From a virus, in IMG/VR virus record IMGVR_UViG_3300037882_005016, positions 1 to 39,958 of that record: a stretch of DNA of 39,958 nucleotides. One strand, written 5' to 3'. Shown here piece after piece: positions 18,311 through 25,352 of this stretch (the stretch's first letter is position 1; every line of letters begins with the position of its first letter). A program made the translations under genes and the position numbers. Below the pieces are notes generated by a model. It worked only from the letters and a program-made list of their open reading frames with translations. It searched no databases and was not told the origin of the DNA.

Positions 18311-19747
18311 TCAAAACACCCTATTTCTATTTGTTGCAATCGACATAGAGTTGGCTTGGCTTAAGCTTAATATGCCCATGCTCAACATATCAACAAAATC
18401 ATCGTTCTCCCCGCGAGGGAATGATAGTAATTGCTCTACTGCTTGTTGTACTTGTGGATGATTTCTTGGGAAATAAACTCTTTTTTCAAAGAATTTTGGG
18501 CTAACGGCATTTAATCTTGCCACCTTAGAGCCTGAGGGCTTCCAAAGCTCAATACCTTGAATTTTTTCCTTTAGTATTGAGTAAAGTGCTGCTCCGTTTG
18601 CGGCGTCCTCAACAAGCTTAGTAAAGGCTCTCGGATGTTTATAGCTCATTATTTCAAATTGATTTATAGTTCCAGAGAAGTCTGTCTGTCCAAGGTAGAA
18701 ATCTAGAATATAAATATCATCCCCCTTAAGACCAAGCACGCCGCCACAGACAAAATCAGAGTCCTCGTTTCCTTTAAAACTTAAATCCCATGATTGAATT
18801 GTGATAAGCATCTCTTCTGGATTAACATAATCATAGTATTTAATTTGTTCTTCTTTAATTATTGTTCCATCTAAAGGTCTAGGTCTCTGTTGATAAAGTG
18901 AGTTCCAAGTTCTTTGATTTGATTTTTTATTCTCTAAGAATTTAAGATCGTAGACTGAGGGCCAAAGAGCTTCACCCATTTCTCTTTTGTCGTACGGCTT
19001 ATCTAATTCTTTAATCGCCTCTAGTTCAAGATATTCAAATCCATCTTCTTTATATTTTTTTATTCGACCCACTAGGTCATCTTCGTGCCATCTAGTTTGT
19101 ATTATAATTTTTTGGCCATTTTTTTCTAGTCTTGTGTCTGCTACTGATTTGTACCAGTCCCACAGATTGTCTCTCATTACTTTAGAGTCAGCGTCCTGAG
19201 GCCCTTTAATTGGATCATCTATTAAGAAAATATCAGCTCCAAGACCTGTCATTCCGCCGCCAACGCCTGCGCATTTATAATAGCCTTGATGATTTACTAT
19301 TTCAAAAGTTTCGGTATTTCTTAGATATGAGGTGTCTCTCTCAGAGGATGATACCACTCTTTTAGAGTTTAGCTTCGTATCCGGAAATATTTCTTGATAG
19401 CTTGGGTTCTCAATAGCGAGCTGTATTTTTCTATTATTAGCCTTTGCTAAACCTGATGCATATGAGGCTGCTAATATTTTCAGCTCTGGGTTTATTCCAA
19501 AGCAATAGGCGGGAAAGGTTATGGACGCTAATTCAGTTTTTCCGTGCCTTGGTGGCATACAGATTATTAGATGCTTGATATCTTTATTTAAAAGTGCGTG
19601 AAGATGATCAGAAATTAGCTTGTGATGCCAGTTAACTTGATATTTTTTTATTAATACTTTCGCAAGGGCCGTGATTTTTATGGGCGCTAAGGCTTTTAAC
19701 AGCTGATCTTGGTTTAGTAGATGCTCAATATCTTTTTCATTAATCAC
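18311..19747 (-). CDS. terL: Terminase large subunit
   Basis: Walker A-like ICMPPRHGKTE, Walker B-like ADIFLIDDP, a following IIQTRWHEDD block and a C-terminal nuclease-like half. It overlaps the TerS stop by 4 nt. Confidence 0.9.
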   Translation of the reverse strand: MINEKDIEHLLNQDQLLKALAPIKITALAKVLIKKYQVNWHHKLISDHLHALLNKDIKHLIICMPPRHGKTELASITFPAYCFGINPELKILAASYASGLAKANNRKIQLAIENPSYQEIFPDTKLNSKRVVSSSERDTSYLRNTETFEIVNHQGYYKCAGVGGGMTGLGADIFLIDDPIKGPQDADSKVMRDNLWDWYKSVADTRLEKNGQKIIIQTRWHEDDLVGRIKKYKEDGFEYLELEAIKELDKPYDKREMGEALWPSVYDLKFLENKKSNQRTWNSLYQQRPRPLDGTIIKEEQIKYYDYVNPEEMLITIQSWDLSFKGNEDSDFVCGGVLGLKGDDIYILDFYLGQTDFSGTINQFEIMSYKHPRAFTKLVEDAANGAALYSILKEKIQGIELWKPSGSKVARLNAVSPKFFEKRVYFPRNHPQVQQAVEQLLSFPRGENDDFVDMLSMGILSLSQANSMSIATNRNRVF

Positions 19748-20256
19748 AGCTCTTCATTATTTAATACTTTATAAATTTGTTCAAGCTGCTCAGGGGTTAC
19801 TACTTTTAGCTGATTATTTTCTTGCTGCTCTCCCTGATTATTTTCTTTTTCTTCTGTATAGTCTGACTCTCTAGTTTGAATCTTTATCCCTAATAGGCTG
19901 AGGAAGTCTCTCATTCTTGCTGGGTTTTTATCATTAAAGAGAAATGTTATGTACTGAAAGCACAGAAGCGTCATCATGTCGTGCTCTGGATCTGTCTTTG
20001 TGAAGTCAAATTCGTTTTTTTTTAATTTTAATAGAGATGAGAGTGTTGCTAAAAACTTAGGCTTATTCTCTGAAACAAATTGATTTTGTGCTGAGGTAAA
20101 ACCTCTTTTAGAGTGTGGGTTTTTCCCTACTCCTGATGGATTATTACAGTAGCCTTTTTTAATCGTACCGTCTGGGTTTCTGGCTATAAGTCTTCCATCT
20201 TTTGCCGTTGTCCATAAAGTATTATCATCTTCTTTTTTGTCAATTTCGTCGCTCAT
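19744..20256 (-). CDS. terS: Terminase small subunit (putative)
   Basis: 170 aa, immediately upstream of and overlapping terL. It has an NPSGVGKNPHSKRG motif of the kind seen in small-terminase-like proteins. Confidence 0.55.
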   Translation of the reverse strand: MSDEIDKKEDDNTLWTTAKDGRLIARNPDGTIKKGYCNNPSGVGKNPHSKRGFTSAQNQFVSENKPKFLATLSSLLKLKKNEFDFTKTDPEHDMMTLLCFQYITFLFNDKNPARMRDFLSLLGIKIQTRESDYTEEKENNQGEQQENNQLKVVTPEQLEQIYKVLNNEEL

Positions 20257-20309
20257 GGTTTTAATATAACAAATCTGATATCACTTATCCATGGCGCGGA
20301 GCACAAGAG

Positions 20310-21215
20310 TCACATCTTTTTATTTTTAATTTCGACAGCATTCAATAACTCCAAATATTTTTCATCGCCTAGAGCTCGCTTATTAATTTTTATGATCTTC
20401 AATAAATTTTCTTTATTATATTTATTTTTATTACGAATATTTGTAATATCTTTTGCCCTCGCTAGTTCTTGATTTTTACTGAGGCACTGCCCCATCCCTT
20501 TCATCGTATAAAAAACCAAGCTTCCACGAATACTCCCCACATCACCATCACTTTGTATAGGCATAGCTCCATGCAATATTGATCTTCCGTCAAAAATAGT
20601 GAGAGCACCAGACCTCTGGGAAAGAGTGATGTTTATTTCTGGCAAACACAGTTCTCCACCAGAAACTCCTTTCTTATAAATCAACACTGTAGACGGTATT
20701 GCCGAGAAGTTCCCTTTATCATAATGATATTTTATTGCGTGATTCATATTGACGTTTACCGTTGTAAATGGAGAGTTGCAAAATATATAATCATTGCAAA
20801 CATTTTGTTTTATAAAGTCCATTGCATACTCTGCCTTTTCTTTCTCTAATTGTTGAAATGTGTCATAAACATATTCATTCAATACGGCACAAATTCTGAA
20901 GTTTTTTTTCTCATCTAACGTATGTCTGGTCGCCCTACAAAAATCATGTCTCATTGGCACTCTTGGCAAAAATCCAAAAACGCTGCTTCTCTGAGATAAT
21001 CCATTGGACCTAGATTTTTCTGTTGGCTTTGTTGTTTCACATAAAATTCTACATATGTCTAAAATATCATTATCAATTATTTTATATATAATATAGCCCC
21101 CATCACTCAACTTGATGTGACAGCTTTCGTCTATTAATTCGCCAGTTATTTTAGGTGGGACCTTGCCTAGTAGACCACTTTCAACGGGAGACCTACTTGC
21201 AAATATTGTTTTCAT
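20310..21215 (-). CDS. TET/JBP-family 2OG-Fe(II) dioxygenase (nucleic-acid base oxygenase)
   Basis: H-x-D block YHYDKGN, distal-His block GALTIFDGRSILHGAMP and Arg block IRGSLVFY, in the order and spacing of TET2 HRDIHN / GSVLIECARRELHATTP / TRLSLVFY. Confidence 0.75.
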   Translation of the reverse strand: MKTIFASRSPVESGLLGKVPPKITGELIDESCHIKLSDGGYIIYKIIDNDILDICRILCETTKPTEKSRSNGLSQRSSVFGFLPRVPMRHDFCRATRHTLDEKKNFRICAVLNEYVYDTFQQLEKEKAEYAMDFIKQNVCNDYIFCNSPFTTVNVNMNHAIKYHYDKGNFSAIPSTVLIYKKGVSGGELCLPEINITLSQRSGALTIFDGRSILHGAMPIQSDGDVGSIRGSLVFYTMKGMGQCLSKNQELARAKDITNIRNKNKYNKENLLKIIKINKRALGDEKYLELLNAVEIKNKKM

Positions 21216-21846
21216 AAAATTCCATTAAAAAATTGAGCAAATCAGAACTACCGCCAGCAAACTCTATTATTTTTAAATACTTGGAGTATTCTTTCTCACT
21301 CAAAATAAAAGACACCTTCCTGATGTCTCCTGTGACAAATCCCTCGATACGATCGGCCATAGATGTATAGCTTTTATTGTTGCTCAGAGTGTCTGAATCT
21401 TTATCTGCTGGCTCTATAAAGAAATTATTTATTCCAAGCATTTCAATATTAAAGTCTGGCCCTAGATTCTCGATCTCAAGATTTATTTCATCGAATTTTA
21501 ATTCTGACCACACCTTAAGAGCGTTATCTGCTACCATGTGAGAATACTCTTGGTCCTCATTCTCAAAGTCTTGGTAATTTACAGGAACATAGTCCCAGCC
21601 ATTCATTAGACAGGCTTCTCTAGTTCCGTGGCCCGTAACCATAAAGTTAGAAAGCCTTGACACTTGAATCGGCTGTCTGATTCCTTGATACTTTAGAACG
21701 TCCGCGAGTCTTTTAATCTGTTCCTTAGGATGAAAGTTTGGATTTCTCGGATTCGGCTTTAGATCTTCGATATGAACAATTTCACTTGAAACACATTTTA
21801 TATAACTAAGCTCTGATGGCTTAGCTGCTTTCTTATTTTTTTTCAT
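21193..21846 (-). CDS. ParB/Srx N-terminal-domain protein (ParB-like nuclease domain)
   Basis: IEDLKPNPRNPNFHPKEQIKRLADVLKYQGIRQPIQVSR...VTGHGTREACLMNGWDYVPV fits the ParB N-domain pattern. At 217 aa, no methylase domain is attached. Confidence 0.7.
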   Translation of the reverse strand: MKKNKKAAKPSELSYIKCVSSEIVHIEDLKPNPRNPNFHPKEQIKRLADVLKYQGIRQPIQVSRLSNFMVTGHGTREACLMNGWDYVPVNYQDFENEDQEYSHMVADNALKVWSELKFDEINLEIENLGPDFNIEMLGINNFFIEPADKDSDTLSNNKSYTSMADRIEGFVTGDIRKVSFILSEKEYSKYLKIIEFAGGSSDLLNFLMEFYENNICK

Positions 21847-21881
21847 TAAATAAATCCTTTTATTTAAATTAATTTATATTT

Positions 21882-22046
21882 TTATATTTCTAGATATTCT
21901 ATCAGCTCTTTTTTAAACTCTTCGTTTGCTATTGCAAGCATTTTAATTGCATGAAAAACCTCTCTTGCTTGTCCTGCGTTTAGTTCTTCTTTTCCTTCTT
22001 CTTTAGCACAAAAAGTTTTTACTAAAAATTCTAGTGATGCACCCAT
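21882..22046 (-). CDS. Small helical protein (54 aa), below the track cutoff
   Basis: Hand translation: MGASLEFLVKTFCAKEEGKEELNAGQAREVFHAIKMLAIANEEFKKELIEYLEI*. AAGGAG lies 9 nt upstream of the ATG. It fills the gap between the RHH and ParB-like genes. Confidence 0.5.
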   Translation of the reverse strand: MGASLEFLVKTFCAKEEGKEELNAGQAREVFHAIKMLAIANEEFKKELIEYLEI

Positions 22047-22047
22047 T

Positions 22048-22254
22048 TTATTTATCTCCTTTTAAATTATTAAAAAAATACTGAGTATTATCTTTAATCA
22101 TTAGATTGATAAGCTTATTAAAAGACAAGCCATTTTGCGCCGCATACTTTGATAATATCTTAAAGTCAGTTTTATTTAGTCTAATTAAAACCGTATGCTT
22201 CTCTTGATCTTTATTATATTTTTTAATTTTACTCAATTTCATCCATAGCCTCAT
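22048..22254 (-). CDS. Ribbon-helix-helix (CopG/Arc-like) DNA-binding protein
   Basis: KHTVLIRLNKTDFKILSKYAAQNGLSFNKLINLMI fits the beta-alpha-alpha RHH pattern. The true start may be the internal Met (MKLSK..., ATG at 22242). Confidence 0.55.
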   Translation of the reverse strand: MRLWMKLSKIKKYNKDQEKHTVLIRLNKTDFKILSKYAAQNGLSFNKLINLMIKDNTQYFFNNLKGDK

Positions 22255-22547
22255 CCATTAGCCTATCGTCTTTTGATTCTAAGTATTTTATATATGCCTC
22301 TTGTCTATACTCTATGGCAAGGTCACAGGCCTGATCTATTAATTTTCTTAACTCTTTTCCTGAAAAATCTCTAAGACTAACGCTATGGATGTCCTTAGAT
22401 TTTAAAGACTCTATATTAAAGTCATAGTCGTACCCATCGTAGGAAGAGATATTAATAGTCACTTCAATCTCGGCAACACATTCACTCGAAGGCGGCGCAA
22501 GGTCATCTGATTCAAAAATAAACTTTTTATCAATCATATAATTCACC
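22229..22547 (-). CDS. Acidic protein of unknown function, first gene of the late operon
   Basis: I prefer the ATG at 22547 (MIDKKFIFESDD...), which has GAGGTGA 5 nt upstream. The track's TTG start at 22609 coincides with a TTGACA -35-like hexamer. Hand count over 106 aa: 26 D/E against 12 K/R. Confidence 0.55.
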
Positions 22548-22580
22548 TCTATAAATAGTATAGGCTCTATTATCCTAAAA

Positions 22581-22609
22581 TTGATATCACTTTTTGATAT
22601 CTGTGTCAA
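22581..22609 (-). promoter_or_regulatory. Candidate sigma70-type promoter of the late operon (TTGACA-N17-TATCAA)
   Basis: Minus strand: TTGACA (22609-22604), a 17-nt spacer, then TATCAA (22586-22581), about 35 nt upstream of the SD/ATG at 22547. Confidence 0.4.
22583..22601. promoter_or_regulatory. Operator-like inverted repeat GATATCA-N5-TGATATC overlapping the promoter spacer and -10
   Basis: Perfect 7-bp arms, read directly. On the plus strand the sequence is GATATCACTTTTTGATATC. Confidence 0.4.
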
Positions 22610-22711
22610 ATTAAGACAATTTAGTCTCGTTTTGAGATTTTATTTTTTTCAAAGACTATAAAGTTTTTTTTAGTCCTGTCGATAAGTATTAAGTAAGAAG
22701 GAGATAAACAG

Positions 22712-23344
22712 ATGAAAAATTCAATCTTAATATTAGTAATAGTTTTAATAGGTCTATCTGGTTGTAAAGAGGGTTCTACTGATCAAAAACAGATATCATC
22801 ACAGCCCGATGATTCTAACTTAACAATAGATAAAGAATATATTGAGGCCGCTATTTCTGAGCTCTCTTTTAGTAAAGTCAGAAATAAAATATATGCTATT
22901 AACAATATCCCAGTTGAGAACGTGTCTTTATATTTTACTCAGTTCGATTTTGGTGACTACTACTTAGAGACTTATAATCAGAAGTTTCATTTTTATAATA
23001 CTCAAGCTCAGCCTGAGTTGTATCGTGAGACTAATGCGGTTGGAAACTTTCAAACGACTGGTTGGGATAAGAGTAATTATTCTATTCAAACTCAGACGAT
23101 CGATGGTCTTCAGGTTGATTCAGCGACAGCAACGGTTTACTCAACTGTTGATAAAAACGGTAATGGTTCAGAAATATTTAATGAAAACTTTGAGTTTGTC
23201 TTAATCGATGGCTTAATCTTTAAAAAGAGTATCTACGTAGGAGCTGAAGTGTGGGTTCTTTATAACTTGTTTGATTCTAGACTTGAGTCCTACCCAAGTG
23301 TGATGAATATCATTGGTCTTAATCGAACTTGGATGCAAGACTAA
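22712..23344 (+). CDS. Lipoprotein of unknown function
   Basis: Signal peptide with a canonical lipobox: MKNSILILVIVLIGLSGC. AAGGAG lies 8 nt upstream of the ATG. Confidence 0.75.
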   Translation: MKNSILILVIVLIGLSGCKEGSTDQKQISSQPDDSNLTIDKEYIEAAISELSFSKVRNKIYAINNIPVENVSLYFTQFDFGDYYLETYNQKFHFYNTQAQPELYRETNAVGNFQTTGWDKSNYSIQTQTIDGLQVDSATATVYSTVDKNGNGSEIFNENFEFVLIDGLIFKKSIYVGAEVWVLYNLFDSRLESYPSVMNIIGLNRTWMQD

Positions 23345-23493
23345 TTGTTTTCAATCGAGTCCCAGGTGTTATCTAAAATATCTTTAATCTCCTGAACCGT
23401 GAGCCCGAACATGAAAGAGATTTCAATCGGGCAGTAACCTTTTTTATAAAGATCAAGTATTTTTTCTATCGTGTATTCATCAATATTTTTCAT
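23341..23493 (-). CDS. Small helix-turn-helix protein (50 aa), below the track cutoff
   Basis: Hand translation: MKNIDEYTIEKILDLYKKGYCPIEISFMFGLTVQEIKDILDNTWDSIENN*. It has an HTH-like core and AAGGAA upstream. Its stop overlaps the lipoprotein stop. Confidence 0.45.
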   Translation of the reverse strand: MKNIDEYTIEKILDLYKKGYCPIEISFMFGLTVQEIKDILDNTWDSIENN

Positions 23494-23524
23494 TTATTTA
23501 AATTCCTTTGTTATAATTCTAGAC

Positions 23525-23755
23525 ATGGACTTAAAAGAATACACTCCACCAATTGATCCAGCCTTAAGAGAAAGTTTTGAGCGCATTTTATGTGAAGTCA
23601 ATAGTCTAGACTGGCTCATTTCAGAGCTGAATAAGGAAATAGACCTATGTCCAGACCTGAAGAGCTATTATATTTCCATAATTAATGAGGCTCGAGCTAT
23701 GCGAGATGAGAAATCAAAAACGATAAAAGAGATGTTTAAAAGTATTGCGAACTAA
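23525..23755 (+). CDS. Hypothetical protein (76 aa), possibly translated from a leaderless mRNA
   Basis: ATG at 23525 (MDLKEYTPP...). TATAAT at 23512-23517 ends 7 nt before the A of the ATG, and there is no SD. The track's GTG start at 23471 would overlap the divergent HTH ORF. Confidence 0.45.
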   Translation: MDLKEYTPPIDPALRESFERILCEVNSLDWLISELNKEIDLCPDLKSYYISIINEARAMRDEKSKTIKEMFKSIAN

Positions 23756-23767
23756 AAAAAAGACAGA

Positions 23768-23783
23768 GCTGGATCTCTCCAGC
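23768..23783 (-). terminator. Hairpin GCTGGA-tctc-TCCAGC, followed on the minus strand by TCTGTC + T8
   Basis: A 6-bp GC-rich stem between convergent genes. The T-run is on the minus-strand side, so it likely terminates the Ig-like gene transcript. Confidence 0.5.
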
Positions 23784-23833
23784 CCCTGTAACAGATAGTT
23801 GTAACTGCTTATCTATTCATAGAATTTATTTAA

Positions 23834-24334
23834 TTAAATATCCGTTGGTTGTCCAGCAGATAAATTAATTACTTCAGCGTCTCCGGCTAAGAGCTCAACG
23901 TCAAGTTCGCCAACGATTTCTTTAACGCCCTCGCCTAGATCAGCATCTGCTTTTACTTGAACTTTAAATGCACCAACTGTCCCCATCGGTTTAATTGTTG
24001 CGCTCATTCCGTCTTCAGCAATAATAAGTTCAGCAAGGCTTGCATCAGTAATGGCCCACTGTGGGAGACCGTCAACTTTAGCAGGGTTTCCTAACTTATC
24101 AGTGATCGTGATTGATACCGGAAGTGTTTGTGTGACTTTTAAAAACATATTCTTTACTCCTTTTTTTTCCCCATCAATTGTTGCATAAAAATTTATGCGA
24201 GCCGCTTGGACGGGTTTTACAAGCTTCTCTATATTTTCTAATTTTTTTATAATAACGAAACAGGCGAACGATAAACCGAGAGCAAGTGTGAAAATAAAAA
24301 GAACTATCGCGAGTTGACCGACAAATAGAGCCAT
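23834..24334 (-). CDS. Ig-like (Big_2-type) domain protein with N-terminal transmembrane anchor; an internal start is possible
   Basis: N-terminal TM segment LAIVLFIFTLALGLSFACFVII. The C-terminal roughly 105 aa (MFLKVTQTLPVSITITDKLGNPAKVDG...VKADADLGEGV...) are typical of small phage Ig-like proteins. The internal ATG at 24148 has a perfect AAGGAG 8 nt upstream. Confidence 0.6.
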   Translation of the reverse strand: MALFVGQLAIVLFIFTLALGLSFACFVIIKKLENIEKLVKPVQAARINFYATIDGEKKGVKNMFLKVTQTLPVSITITDKLGNPAKVDGLPQWAITDASLAELIIAEDGMSATIKPMGTVGAFKVQVKADADLGEGVKEIVGELDVELLAGDAEVINLSAGQPTDI

Positions 24335-24454
24335 AAGTACACTCCTGTTTTTTTGTTTTATTCTTTTTTATTATAAGACAAAAATATGTATTTCAATCAG
24401 TTATTAGTTCAAATCAAGTCTATAGTAAATATAAAAGAAATAATTAAGACAAAA

Positions 24455-24478
24455 GGCCTGTCTAGAAATAAACAGGTC
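24455..24478 (-). terminator. Candidate rho-independent terminator after the GH114-like gene
   Basis: Minus strand: GACCTGT-ttatttctag-ACAGGCC (one mismatch), followed by TTTTGTCTT. Confidence 0.4.
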
Positions 24479-24485
24479 TAATTAA

Positions 24486-25340
24486 TTAATATTTACACGC
24501 TTGATAGTCACCGTCAAGAGAGAGGTCCTCATCAAAAAAGGTGAGACTAAATTTTCTTTTTTTAGCCTTATCACATAGAGTTTGAGAGTAGCCTCTATAT
24601 TCTGCCTGAAAGGCTGGCTTATTATTTTTAGTATAATCTAGATATCCATCGCATTCATCATACTGATCGCATTGCTCTATAAGAACGCCGTCGTAATATT
24701 TCATTACATCTTTAGTTAGATCAGGACCATTTTTCATTAGAACAACCATGCCCTTCATGTGTGAGTATAAGCTAAGCATTTTTAAATATTCTACGTTCTG
24801 AGAATGAGAGATTTTGAATCCAGTATCATTATAAGCGCTGTCAACATTATCAAACTCTAGTCCAGAGCAGCCCTTTTTTTCAGCAAGATCAATTCTTTTT
24901 TTCATAAAGTTTTTTAAATCATTATTTGTAATATCAACCCAAAGTTCATCCCAGCCGTCCATTTTTTTCCCCTTAGCTTTTGCTGGAAAACTTTTTGCAT
25001 CTGGTCTCCAGGCTTCATAAGATCCGGCGGAGAAATAGCATATAATAACTTTGCCTTTTTTCTTTTGATCTTTAATCCATGTCTCTGAAGTATTAAATAA
25101 ATCGATATCAATCAGATCTTCTTTAGGACTTTCTGGCGTATTCTCTATATTCCACTGCCAACTCATGAGTGGTTTTAATTTCTTTCTCGTCTGCTCGAGT
25201 AATTTATCAGAAAAGTTTTGATCATTCTCATCTGTGACATCAATCTCTTCTTTTGGCTCCTCGCCGAGATCGACTTCTGGAAGTTTTGGAATAGTTGTAC
25301 AGGCGGTAGCGAGTAGAATAATTAATAAAAGTTTCTTCAT
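24486..25340 (-). CDS. Exported GH114-like glycoside hydrolase (endo-alpha-1,4-polygalactosaminidase / PelA-hydrolase-like)
   Basis: Signal or lipoprotein-type N-terminus MKKLLLIILLATAC. Blocks are WQWNI, VIICYFSAGSYEAWRPD, GWDELWVDI, KGCSGLEFDNVDSY.. and VVLMKNG, in GH114 order. Confidence 0.7.
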   Translation of the reverse strand: MKKLLLIILLATACTTIPKLPEVDLGEEPKEEIDVTDENDQNFSDKLLEQTRKKLKPLMSWQWNIENTPESPKEDLIDIDLFNTSETWIKDQKKKGKVIICYFSAGSYEAWRPDAKSFPAKAKGKKMDGWDELWVDITNNDLKNFMKKRIDLAEKKGCSGLEFDNVDSAYNDTGFKISHSQNVEYLKMLSLYSHMKGMVVLMKNGPDLTKDVMKYYDGVLIEQCDQYDECDGYLDYTKNNKPAFQAEYRGYSQTLCDKAKKRKFSLTFFDEDLSLDGDYQACKY

Positions 25341-25352
25341 TTTTTTTATTCC

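Noticed and set aside
12307-18364. Assorted plus-strand or nested ORFs in the late operon (12307..12564, 13081..13437, 14227..14418, 14486..14677, 15579..15848, 15939..16244, 16260..16454, 17514..17732, 18122..18364, 18987..19199)
   Set aside because: Each lies inside a longer, motif-supported minus-strand structural gene. They are most simply random open frames in AT-rich sequence.
22548-22609. TTG-initiated N-terminal extension of the first late ORF (track start 22609)
   Set aside because: The TTG is the first half of a TTGACA -35-like hexamer and has no SD. An ATG at 22547 has a strong GAGGTGA SD.
23471-23524. GTG-initiated extension of ORF 23471..23755
   Set aside because: It would overlap the divergent HTH ORF and the TATAAT box. 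The extension is purely hydrophobic and low-complexity (MYSSIFFIYLNSFVIILD).
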